Assembly: GCA_964641635.1 (NCBI GenBank)
Contig: CAZXMD010000001.1
Span: forward strand, 1 to 43,761
Reading direction: 5' to 3'
Origin: an uncultured Candidatus Finniella sp.
GTDB lineage: Bacteria > Pseudomonadota > Alphaproteobacteria > Paracaedibacterales > VGCI01
Length of the DNA stretch: 43,761 nt
The stretch's first letter is position 1; each line of letters starts with the position of its first letter. Made by a program: the position numbers and the translations under genes. This document shows, in pieces, positions 27,586 through 36,484 of the stretch. The notes beneath the pieces were generated by a model, which was given only the letters and a program-made list of their open reading frames with translations, did not search any database and was not told the origin of the DNA.

Positions 27586-29085
27586 ATGGCAAAAAACGAT
27601 ACCAACAAAGTACCCGAAGAGACCTATTTTCCAGGTGTTACGGGAGTTGTCGCCTACACGGATGCCTCCAAAGCCGTTAAAGCCATAGAAGATATTTACA
27701 ACAAAAACAGCGCCCTGATCCATGATGCCTTTCAACGCCTGCTCGAAGGGGAGGACGTGCCGGAATCTTTGCTGGCGGAAGCAACCTATCCTTATGTTGG
27801 AATTCACGTCACCCAGAAAGATTTGAACCTTGACGCCCGGTTGTCCTATGGCATTGTTGTAGAGGCTGGCATTTATGGCGGCACTGTTACCCGTCCTGAC
27901 ATTTTTAAACGGTACTATCATGATCAGATCAGCCTCCTCATGGAGCGGCACAAAGTCCCTGTCTATGTAGGCGCAAGCAACTGGCCTATTCCCCTGCCCT
28001 TTGCTATGGATCATACGCCTGCTCAACTAGATCCAAAAAGCTTAGATATGGGACAGCTCTGGCAAATGCAAACAGGATTTGCTCTGCCAAATTTAACACG
28101 AGTTAACGATGACATTGCGAATTGTACCTATCGCCCCGGAACACATGGAACGAAACCTGTTTCCATGTTTAGCGGCGAGCGTGTTGATTATTCCCTGCAT
28201 CGCCTTCACCATTACACCGGGACTTCTCCGGACCATTTCCAGGACTTCGTCCTGCTCACCAATTACCAGCGCTATCTTGATGAGTTTGTGGCTTTTGGTT
28301 TGGAGCAAATCAAAAACTCCTCAGAATATGAAGAACTGGTCGTTCCCGGGAACGCCATCTACCGTCGCGGAGATGAAGCCATCAGCTTGCCTAAAAACTT
28401 GCCCCAAATGCCAGCTTATCACTTAAAAAGAAAAGATGGGATGGGCATTACGTTTATCAATATCGGGGTTGGTCCCACCAACGCCAAAACCATCACGGAC
28501 CATCTAGCGGTTTTGCGCCCCCATTGCTGGTTGATGCTGGGGCATTGCGCTGGTTTGCGCTCCACCCAGGCATTGGGCGACTATGTCCTTGCCCACGGGT
28601 ATGTGCGGGAAGATAACGTTCTAAACCAGGATCTGCCCACCTGGATTCCGGTGCCACCCATTGCTGAAGTTCAAGTAGCCCTCCAGCAGGCCGTTCAGAA
28701 TATTGCCCTTAAAAAAGAAGCCTTGAAAACAGGCATGCGCACGGGCACGGTCGTGACGACGGACAACCGGAATTGGGAACTACGGTCTGATGAAATTTAT
28801 GAGCGGTTCCGCCAGAGCCGCGCCGTTGCCCTTGATATGGAATCTGCAACAGTCGCCGCCAACGGGTTCCGCTTTAGGGTTCCTTATGGCACGCTTTTGT
28901 GTGTGTCGGATAAACCCATTCACGGAGAAATCAAATTGCGGGGCATGGCGAATAATTTTTATAACGAACGGGTCAACCAGCATTTGCGCATTGGCCTTGA
29001 AGCCATCCGGTTGCTGCGCTCCCAGGGGGTTGACCAGCTTCACTCTCGCAAGCTCCGTGGCTTTGACGAACCCCCGTTCCGGTGA
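27586..29085 (+). CDS. amn: AMP nucleosidase
   Basis: Near-collinear by eye with E. coli Amn: HRLHHYTGTSP.HFQ.FVLLTNYQRY.DEF, GITFINIGVGPTNAKTITDHLAVLRP, GDYVLAHGY, RTGTVVTTDNRNWELR, DMESATVAANGFRFRVPYGTLLCVSDKPIHGEIKL and the ending HSRKLRGFDEPPFR. Confidence 0.95.
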   Translation: MAKNDTNKVPEETYFPGVTGVVAYTDASKAVKAIEDIYNKNSALIHDAFQRLLEGEDVPESLLAEATYPYVGIHVTQKDLNLDARLSYGIVVEAGIYGGTVTRPDIFKRYYHDQISLLMERHKVPVYVGASNWPIPLPFAMDHTPAQLDPKSLDMGQLWQMQTGFALPNLTRVNDDIANCTYRPGTHGTKPVSMFSGERVDYSLHRLHHYTGTSPDHFQDFVLLTNYQRYLDEFVAFGLEQIKNSSEYEELVVPGNAIYRRGDEAISLPKNLPQMPAYHLKRKDGMGITFINIGVGPTNAKTITDHLAVLRPHCWLMLGHCAGLRSTQALGDYVLAHGYVREDNVLNQDLPTWIPVPPIAEVQVALQQAVQNIALKKEALKTGMRTGTVVTTDNRNWELRSDEIYERFRQSRAVALDMESATVAANGFRFRVPYGTLLCVSDKPIHGEIKLRGMANNFYNERVNQHLRIGLEAIRLLRSQGVDQLHSRKLRGFDEPPFR

Positions 29086-29111
29086 GGGTTCATCCCTGAT
29101 TGACCTTTTTC

Positions 29112-30152
29112 TTAAAATAGTTTTTTCGCTTCAGCAAAAATCCTATTAACGGCTTCTGCATCATGTACTTTTTTAGCGGGCTCCCTGTTAAGATCTTTCG
29201 TCAATTTACACATTTCAGTTAATTGAGCTTCAAATGTAGATAGTGTTTTGGCTTTAACTTTATCTTTAGTCCCTTTAACCTTTTCCTGAATCCTTGTAAG
29301 GACAGCCTGACAAGATGTACCATCCAACGTACCTGTTGCAGATGAAGCTGTGCTAAACTGTTCGGGCTTATACTCAATATCATGCTCAGGATCGTTGCGA
29401 ATTTCAGGCTTGTCAAAGCCTGTATTCTTTTGTAGCCTCGCCAAAAGCTCATGGGCCCCAAAAGCATGTTCTGCTAACGGTTCCAGCAAACCTATCCGTT
29501 TTTCGAGGGCACCTATTAATTTTTCGAGACCTTCGATCTTTTCTTTCATATGTTTAACTTTAATGCCTTTCCCCTCGTTTAAGGCGAACATCTCCTCTGC
29601 CGTTATTCCTTTTCCGCCAGCGCCAGTAACATGATGCTCTGATGGTTTCTTTTCCAGGTGGGATGATGTTGTTGGTAAGGGCTGAGTTGGCCGCTGCGGA
29701 GCCTTCGTTGATGGTTGCTTTTTCAATTCGGAAGGCCCTACTGTAGACGGGGTTTTTTCTAGCGGTGGCCTTGAAAATGCCATTGCCTGCCTTCTTTGCA
29801 TTGGAGGTTTTGACCCCTGTTTTTCTAGCTGGGTTTGCTCCTCATCGCCTTTGCTTTTTTCTGGTTCCACAGGTAAAGGCTGTGGCTGGGGTTTCTGGGG
29901 AAGGCCACGTCTCGAAGGAGGAGTTGGCCTTGTAGTCTGCGCGGAGCCTTGTGGCTTGGCCTTCATACAGGCATCTATGGAACCGAGATTGCTAGCGCAA
30001 TTGGTTTTACATATCTCCTGTTTTGTCGCATCAGCGCAGGAAACATTGGTACACTCTTTCAGACACCTTACAAGCCCCCACTCGTCTCCCTGAACGCTTG
30101 CCTGTAAACACACCACACTGATAGATGCCAAAAGTAATTTTTTCGCTGACAT
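29112..30152 (-). CDS. Secreted hypothetical protein: N-terminal 6-Cys module, Pro-rich linker, helical C-terminal domain
   Basis: Signal peptide MSAKKLLLASISVVCLQASVQG, then C-x3-C-x4-C-x8-C-x3-C-x9-C, then a P/Q/T/K-rich segment (residues ~66-170), then a helical region (KIEGLEKLIGALEKRIGLLEPL). Confidence 0.7.
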   Translation of the reverse strand: MSAKKLLLASISVVCLQASVQGDEWGLVRCLKECTNVSCADATKQEICKTNCASNLGSIDACMKAKPQGSAQTTRPTPPSRRGLPQKPQPQPLPVEPEKSKGDEEQTQLEKQGSKPPMQRRQAMAFSRPPLEKTPSTVGPSELKKQPSTKAPQRPTQPLPTTSSHLEKKPSEHHVTGAGGKGITAEEMFALNEGKGIKVKHMKEKIEGLEKLIGALEKRIGLLEPLAEHAFGAHELLARLQKNTGFDKPEIRNDPEHDIEYKPEQFSTASSATGTLDGTSCQAVLTRIQEKVKGTKDKVKAKTLSTFEAQLTEMCKLTKDLNREPAKKVHDAEAVNRIFAEAKKLF

Positions 30153-30220
30153 ATTGATTCTCCTTAAAATAACGGCTCCATATAAAAATTGTATCGAAGA
30201 ATCATTAAAAAATTCCTAAC

Positions 30221-30823
30221 CTACCAGTTTGTTTTATGTTTGCTCGGACTGTAGCTTGTCCCTGTTTGATGGTCAGAGCGAAATCCCGCCTCATCTCCCC
30301 AATGGATCTCTGCCTTTTCTGCTTTAGCTCGCGCAGCAATCTTGGGATAGGTGTCTTCTAGCCAGACTTTTACGGCTTTATCTTGACGCTCATAGGCACG
30401 ACGAAGAGGTTTTTGAGGCGTAAAGCCCCATCTTTTTAGATAATTGCCAACACTACGAATCGATAATTTTATAGAAAATCGACGTTCAATCAGAGTGCCA
30501 ACGGCCTCGCGGGTCCAAAGTGCAAAAGGCATCTTAAGTTGGTCCGGACAGCGATCTTTGATCATGTTGACGATTGTCGCGCATTGATGCGGGGCGAGAA
30601 GCCTCTTATACATAGAGCGACGTCCGCGCTTCTTCTTTAGAATGGATCCTTCGCCTTGCTTCAGGTAGGCTGAAACCCAGTTGCTGACAGACACACGAGT
30701 AACTCCCAAAAGCTCAGCTGCAGCGGTTCGTGATTGCCCCCCGTCCAAAACCATTTTAATGGCTCTTAGCCTTATAGCTTCCTAGGCATCCGGACTCAGC
30801 TTACGGGTATCAACTAATTTCAT
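30221..30823 (-). pseudogene. IS630-family transposase remnant (premature TAG at codon 14, 3' half missing)
   Basis: From ATG 30823: MKLVDTRKLSPDA then TAG (30784..30782). The frame continues EAIRLRAIKMVLDGGQSRTAAAELLGVTRVSVSNWV... (HTH) ...WTREAVGTLIERRFSIKLSIRSVGNYLKRWGFTPQKP...IHWGDEAGF (first catalytic Asp region). It stops about 190 codons in, so the rest of the DDE domain is absent. Confidence 0.8.
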
Positions 30824-30883
30824 CCATTAGATATATTACATTTAGCTCGCTTCGTAAAATATTTTATTGCCGGAGTAATAGCA

Positions 30884-31216
30884 TTAAGCACAACGCAAAC
30901 TCAGCAATTGCTTATGGCGTGTATTGAGGTGCGCGAGCAACAGCTTATTATGTTTTTTAGCGGCAGACCCATTTGCATAGTCATACCCCGCTGAACGTAA
31001 TGTAATAAATTTAACTCCGTTCTCAATCAATCTTGCCATCAACTGCTCATCTACATAATCGGCCACAAAGCAACTAACTCCGGCGTACCCTATGGCTTTA
31101 TCTGCGCTTCTTAAAGTAAGCCTGTCCGATATAAAACAAAGTTCATGTTTCCCCTGATTAGCGTTGTTGATGTGCTTTTTTTCGAAGGACTTCGTGCTAT
31201 AAATAATAATTTTCAT
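30884..31216 (-). pseudogene. ldhA: D-lactate dehydrogenase (2-hydroxyacid dehydrogenase) N-terminal fragment
   Basis: MKIIIYSTKSFEKKHINNANQ...ELCFISDRLT...TADKA..GVSCFV.D......L...GVKFITLRSAGYD aligns by eye with the first ~90 residues of E. coli LdhA (MKLAVYSTKQYDKKYLQQVNE...). The remaining ~230 residues, including the NAD-binding domain, are missing and the tail diverges before the stop. Confidence 0.7.
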
Positions 31217-31506
31217 AATTCATTGTCTTTCTATAGATAAATACAATTTACATCGCCGCAACAATGCGACTTTATAAAAAAAATTATTTAAAAAATACTT
31301 TAATTTTTACGTAAATTTAAGGTTTAAAGTCTGAATTCAGTGCGAAAGCGTTTAACCAGCTTGATTTATTTGAAGAATAGGATTGCATAATCAACAATCA
31401 AAATCACCCACTAACATCGAAACTTGTTGAATTATGAAAAATGGAAAATACTTTAAATGATCAATAGCTTCTTAGAAAAATATTTTTTGAATGGTTTTTA
31501 GTAATT

Positions 31507-34500
31507 TTATTCTACTTTACTCCTTCTTTTTTGTGGTATATCAAAATAGAAAGTTGTGCCTTTATCAACCTCTGATTCAACCCATATTTTACCACCATAA
31601 TCCTCAACTATTTTTTTACAAATTGCCAACCCAATCCCCACACCTGTGTAGTCTTTCGATTTATTGAGCCTCCCAAACAACTTAAAGAGCTTTCCTTTAA
31701 AGTTCAGATCAATACCTATCCCATTATCCCTAACGAAAAATCTATACCCGGATTTATAAGTTTTAAAACCAATATGGATTTCAGGCTTTTGTTGATGTCT
31801 AAACTTGAGAGCATTAGAAATAATATTTTGAAATAAATGGTAAATTTTGAACTGATCTCCTATAATTGTCGGCAGTACATCATGGGTGATGGTGGCGTTA
31901 AACTCTTCGATAGAAGCTTTCAACTCCTCTATTATTCTTGTAATGAGAAATTCACAGTTCACGGACTCTATATTATGAGCTTCATTCGATATTTTGGCAT
32001 ATGAAAGTGTACTCTCGATCATTTTTTGCATTTGCTGAGAACCATCAAGGATATATTCAAGATATTTTCTACCTTCTTCATCGATTAAGTCTTTAAAACG
32101 CTCGGAAAATAGGGTAGAAAAGCTAAAAACAATTCGTGCAGGCTCCTGTAAATCATGCGAACAAATATGTGCAAAATTCTTAAGATCTTCATTCGCAATC
32201 TTTAATTTTTGAACTGTATTTTGCAGTTTTGCCTTTGAATTATAAACCTCCGTAACGTCTTGGTAACTACAAACGACATACCTCTCAGAGTTTTGACTTT
32301 CAAAAGTTACTTTTTGAATCACGTAAGTTCTTTGCTTTTGAGAAAGGAACCTTTGGCTTTTTCCTTGGAAAAAACCACATTCTAACGTTCTTTCGTTTTC
32401 TTTGATAACAATATCGGCTTCACGCTTTGAGTAAAGTTCTTGGGGAGTATGCCCGAGTAATTCTTTTTCAGTCTTAGAGAATTTTTCACAAAAAGCCTTA
32501 TTTACGATTACGAATCGATGGTGGTCATCCGACACACACATAGGGTCAGGAGATATGTCAATAACTGCCTTTAGAAAAGAAATTGCCGCCCGTTGACGGT
32601 CGGTTACATCGAAGATGAGAATAAAAAATCCTTTGGGTTCTAAGTTCTCCTTTATGTCAGGAATAAGGACGATTTCTTCATATTGAAGAATATTTGTTGA
32701 TAAAACGACTTTGTTGTCAAATTTCGTAACTTGGCCTGAGAGGACTTTATTGACATGGGGTTTTATAAATTCATACACTTTGTCTGAATCTAGTGATTTT
32801 AAAGAATGCCCCAGAAGCTTCTCTGATCCACCCTCTAACCATTCCATATATAATTTATTACTAAAGTGGTATTTTAGATTTCGATCAACATAAGCTATGC
32901 TAACGGGTAAAGTATCAAGAATTTCACGAAATTTTTGTTCGTTTTCCAGCGCTGACAGCTGTAATTTTTTGATGCGCGTCACGTCGGCAAAAGTAATAAT
33001 AACCCCTGAAGTTTTACCTTCTGATGTTCTATAAGCGCGGCATTTTCTCAAATACCAATTCTTTTCTTCCGTCTCAACTTCTTGCTCAATTGAGCTATTT
33101 GTTTCTAAAATCTTTTGGGCATCGCTCATCAAAGTCCCATCAATAAACCGCATGGTAATATCTTTAAGGGGACGGCCCAGATCAGAGTCTCTCAGATTAA
33201 ACATTTTAACAGCTTCAGGTGTAAACCGCTTGAGACGCAGCTTATGGTCTAAAAATATTGTCGCAATATCTGTACTTCTGAGTAAATTAACCAAATCATT
33301 ATTGGTTTTATTTTGTTCTTCTATTTTTTCCTGAAGTTCGGAATTAACAACAGTCAACTCTTCATTGAGAGACTGCAATTCTTCTTTAGATGTTTCCATT
33401 TCCTCATTTGTGGCTTGCAATTCCTCATTAACTGATATGATTTCCTCATTATAAATTTTAAGCTCTTCGTTCGACTCCTTCAGATCTTCAATCGTATTTT
33501 GTAAGTAAGCTCGTGCATCCTTCAACTCCCGCTCAAGGGTTTTGATCAATAAATTTCCCTTAAATCCCTTCTCTTGAATCTCAGGATTTTTGAATTTTTC
33601 CATCTCTTTGAAAGTCACAATAAAAAGATCATGACCAGGTGCTTTTTTAAGAATTGATATTTTAAATTCGACCCAGTACGGCTCTTTAAGAGCTTCTATA
33701 TAGGTGCTATCTATAACATAGTCTTTTTTACTTTGAAGGAGAGTTTGGAGCGCCTTTTTAATTTTTCCTCCTAAGCCCTCTCGTGCCATCATCAGCAAAT
33801 TTAGGCTGGGTGATCCCTCAGGAACTTTAAGATATTGGCCCGTAGGACCAAAGAAATATATGACTTCAAATTTAACATTGATGAGGACTGAAGTAGGAAC
33901 ATACTCTTCTAGAAGTTGCTGTTTTGCGCGTTCATAAAAAGTTCGCTGGGTTTGTGGTATGAGAAATTGAGAATGTGAAATTTGAGTGTTGCTCACTCCC
34001 TGGGAGTTGCTGATCTTAGAAGCAATTTTATCTCCTGAAGAAGATAAAATACGCTTAAATATATGATCTTTCTTGGACACAATCTCAAAAAGAGTATCTT
34101 CTCGATTAATAGTTTCTGAATTTCCTAAAAACAAATAACAGTTTTTCCTCAATGCGAAATGAAACAGCTTTATAATTTCCTTCTGGATCTCTGAGTCAAG
34201 GTAAATAAAGAGATTACGGCATGAAATAAGATCGAGTTTAGAAAATGGAATATCTCTCAAAAGATTATGGTGAATGAACAATATATGTTGCCGAACATCA
34301 TTTTTAACAACATAATTTTTCCCATTTTTATCAAAAAATTCTGCCAAACGTTCTGCCGATACATTGTTCTGGATATTACTGGGATAAATACCTTTACGAG
34401 CAATCTCAAGAGCCTCTTCATCAATATCTGTGGCAAAAATTTGTAGTTTCTTATTAATTTTTGCAAGGGAACATTGTTCCATTAATAAAATAGCAATGGA

Positions 34501-35481
34501 ATACGCTTCCTCACCTGTCGAACATCCAGGTATCCAAACTCGGAAGGGCGTCTCTGGATCTGTGATAAGGTTGGGATTTATCATTTCGGCAAGCGCTTCA
34601 AAGCATTTAGGATTACGAAAAAAACTGGTCATTCGAATTAGTAAATCCTTACGCAATTTGTTTGCTTCCGAAGGATGATTTTCCAAAAAGTGATAGTAAT
34701 CAGAGTAGCTATTAAGGTGGTTCGCCTCTATGCGTCTTTGAATCCGCCTCTTAATACTTGGTTTTTTATAAGAGGAAAAATCATCTTTTGTCTTTGTTTT
34801 TAAAAGATTTAAAATAAGGATGAGACCACTAGCATCTTTTTCATCTGCTCCAAAATCATAACTTTCTGCATCTATAATATGTTCTGTATTAAGAACAAGT
34901 TTGGCGCTATGTTTAATCAAAATATCAGGGATTTTCTCAACTGGCAGAACATGATCAGCCAGCCCCCTAGAGATAACATTTTGAGGCATGGTGCTAAATT
35001 CTGTGCTCGTGGGATCTTGAGCAATGACAAGACCACCATTGTCTTTAATTGCTTTACAACCTGCCCCACCATCATTACCCGTCCCTGAAAGAATGATGCC
35101 AATCGCATTCTGCTTTCTAGCCTCGGCTAATGAAGAGAAAAAAACATCAATTGTCGTTCTTATGCCTTTTACTTCTGGGGTGGTTTTGAGGTAAAGCATA
35201 CCACCTTTGATTTTTAAAAATTTGTTGGGAGATATAACGTAGACATGGTTAGGTTCTACCTGCACGCTTTCTTTAACTTCGATGACCTTCATAGGCGTAC
35301 AACGAGATAATATAAGAGAAGTAAGGCTTTCATGATGAGGAGCAAGATGTTGAACCATAACAAAAACCAACCCCGTATCTATCGGCAGTGAAGAAAGAAG
35401 TATCTTAAAACTCTCAAGCCCGCCTGCAGAGGCTCCAACGCCAACCACGATGGGTAGATTTCCAGAATTGCTCATTGCCAT
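31507..35481 (-). CDS. CheB methylesterase - CheR methyltransferase - coiled coil - PAS repeats - histidine kinase fusion protein
   Basis: 1324 aa. CheB domain (VGVGASAGGLES, VMVQHLAPHH, LSGTGNDGGAG). CheR domain (FFRNPKCFEAL, RVWIPGCSTGEEAYSIAILL, FCRNLFIYL-like CRNLFIYLD). NEE[LIM] heptad zipper. PAS-like segments. H-box FAHICSHDLQEPARIV. HATPase_c (FVRDNGIGID, GVGIGLAICKKIVEDYGGKIWVES). Confidence 0.9.
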   Translation of the reverse strand: MAMSNSGNLPIVVGVGASAGGLESFKILLSSLPIDTGLVFVMVQHLAPHHESLTSLILSRCTPMKVIEVKESVQVEPNHVYVISPNKFLKIKGGMLYLKTTPEVKGIRTTIDVFFSSLAEARKQNAIGIILSGTGNDGGAGCKAIKDNGGLVIAQDPTSTEFSTMPQNVISRGLADHVLPVEKIPDILIKHSAKLVLNTEHIIDAESYDFGADEKDASGLILILNLLKTKTKDDFSSYKKPSIKRRIQRRIEANHLNSYSDYYHFLENHPSEANKLRKDLLIRMTSFFRNPKCFEALAEMINPNLITDPETPFRVWIPGCSTGEEAYSIAILLMEQCSLAKINKKLQIFATDIDEEALEIARKGIYPSNIQNNVSAERLAEFFDKNGKNYVVKNDVRQHILFIHHNLLRDIPFSKLDLISCRNLFIYLDSEIQKEIIKLFHFALRKNCYLFLGNSETINREDTLFEIVSKKDHIFKRILSSSGDKIASKISNSQGVSNTQISHSQFLIPQTQRTFYERAKQQLLEEYVPTSVLINVKFEVIYFFGPTGQYLKVPEGSPSLNLLMMAREGLGGKIKKALQTLLQSKKDYVIDSTYIEALKEPYWVEFKISILKKAPGHDLFIVTFKEMEKFKNPEIQEKGFKGNLLIKTLERELKDARAYLQNTIEDLKESNEELKIYNEEIISVNEELQATNEEMETSKEELQSLNEELTVVNSELQEKIEEQNKTNNDLVNLLRSTDIATIFLDHKLRLKRFTPEAVKMFNLRDSDLGRPLKDITMRFIDGTLMSDAQKILETNSSIEQEVETEEKNWYLRKCRAYRTSEGKTSGVIITFADVTRIKKLQLSALENEQKFREILDTLPVSIAYVDRNLKYHFSNKLYMEWLEGGSEKLLGHSLKSLDSDKVYEFIKPHVNKVLSGQVTKFDNKVVLSTNILQYEEIVLIPDIKENLEPKGFFILIFDVTDRQRAAISFLKAVIDISPDPMCVSDDHHRFVIVNKAFCEKFSKTEKELLGHTPQELYSKREADIVIKENERTLECGFFQGKSQRFLSQKQRTYVIQKVTFESQNSERYVVCSYQDVTEVYNSKAKLQNTVQKLKIANEDLKNFAHICSHDLQEPARIVFSFSTLFSERFKDLIDEEGRKYLEYILDGSQQMQKMIESTLSYAKISNEAHNIESVNCEFLITRIIEELKASIEEFNATITHDVLPTIIGDQFKIYHLFQNIISNALKFRHQQKPEIHIGFKTYKSGYRFFVRDNGIGIDLNFKGKLFKLFGRLNKSKDYTGVGIGLAICKKIVEDYGGKIWVESEVDKGTTFYFDIPQKRRSKVE

Positions 35482-35565
35482 ACCTCCTCACAAGAGACTT
35501 TTGCTTAGTCTCTTTTAAAATTATTACCCTCACAGGTTTTTTTAATTTGTTGTTTTATGTAATTA

Positions 35566-36351
35566 TTAACGTCCAACTGAGCCCTTTAAATCTTTATTTA
35601 TTGGTTGACTCTGGGTCAGTTCGGGGGTCGTTGAGTTGAGTCTGGGAAGGACGACAACAGAAGACCAGTAATGAATAAGCGACTGGATTTGACTTTTAAA
35701 ATGGTCAAGGTCGCCTGACTTACAAATATAGCCACTGGCATGCTTCCTATAAACGTCAATCATTTCATCTCTTTTTAAGCTATTCGTAATAACTATAACA
35801 GGAATATCTTGAATTCTTGAATCTCGTTTTATCTCTTTAAGAACCATATGCCCATCTATCTTTGGGATATTAAGATCAAGAATAATAATATCAGCTCGTG
35901 CAAATAGGGGGGTATGCTGGGTTCCGCGCAAGAGTTCTAAAGCTTGCTGACCATCATGAACAGCATAAACATTGCTTGGGTTGGAGGAAGTTCCTATAAA
36001 TTTTCTAATGATAAACTCGTCGGCTGGATTATCTTCTACCAGTAAAATATTTATTTCTGCATGGTTTACTATTGAAATGGCGCCTAAATCCAAAAATTTT
36101 GCAGTTAATTGAGCATCATAATTAAAGTCTTGGAAGAAGAAATCAGGAGAGACTTTAAAAATCTGACTTAGTTTATATAAAACTTCGACAGATGTCCTAT
36201 TTATCCCCCGTTCATAATTTTCAACTTGGGGAATAGAAACTTCTAATTTTTGGGCCAAATCAGAAAGTGTCATGGCCGCCCTTTTCCGACGATCTTTTAT
36301 TTTTTTACCAATATGCTCGCTCAAAGGCAAAAAAATCTTCATATGGGACAC
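35566..36351 (-). CDS. XRE-family HTH + C-terminal receiver-domain response regulator
   Basis: The N-terminus RKRAAMTLSDLAQKLEVSIPQVENYERGINRTSVEVLYKLSQIFKVSPDFFF is an HTH_3/XRE motif. The C-terminal REC domain has INILLVEDNPAD, DIIILDLNIPKIDG (phospho-acceptor Asp), PVIVITNS and GYICKS. It lies 84 nt upstream of the kinase on the same strand. Confidence 0.85.
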   Translation of the reverse strand: MSHMKIFLPLSEHIGKKIKDRRKRAAMTLSDLAQKLEVSIPQVENYERGINRTSVEVLYKLSQIFKVSPDFFFQDFNYDAQLTAKFLDLGAISIVNHAEINILLVEDNPADEFIIRKFIGTSSNPSNVYAVHDGQQALELLRGTQHTPLFARADIIILDLNIPKIDGHMVLKEIKRDSRIQDIPVIVITNSLKRDEMIDVYRKHASGYICKSGDLDHFKSQIQSLIHYWSSVVVLPRLNSTTPELTQSQPINKDLKGSVGR

Positions 36352-36484
36352 CTTCCAAAAAGAAAAGAATGATAAAAGGCAGCAAAATCTTAATAAATTT
36401 CGGTTTTTTTTACATTCAATTTGAATATTAGCCCCTTTGGCTAAAAAAGCAATGTCCTTATCTGATCATAGGAGCCCCTTTAGA

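Noticed and set aside
27502-28026. 174-aa minus-strand ORF
   Set aside because: It is antisense to the 5' part of amn, whose product aligns along its whole length with E. coli Amn. Its 3' end merely runs into the intergenic hairpin repeat.
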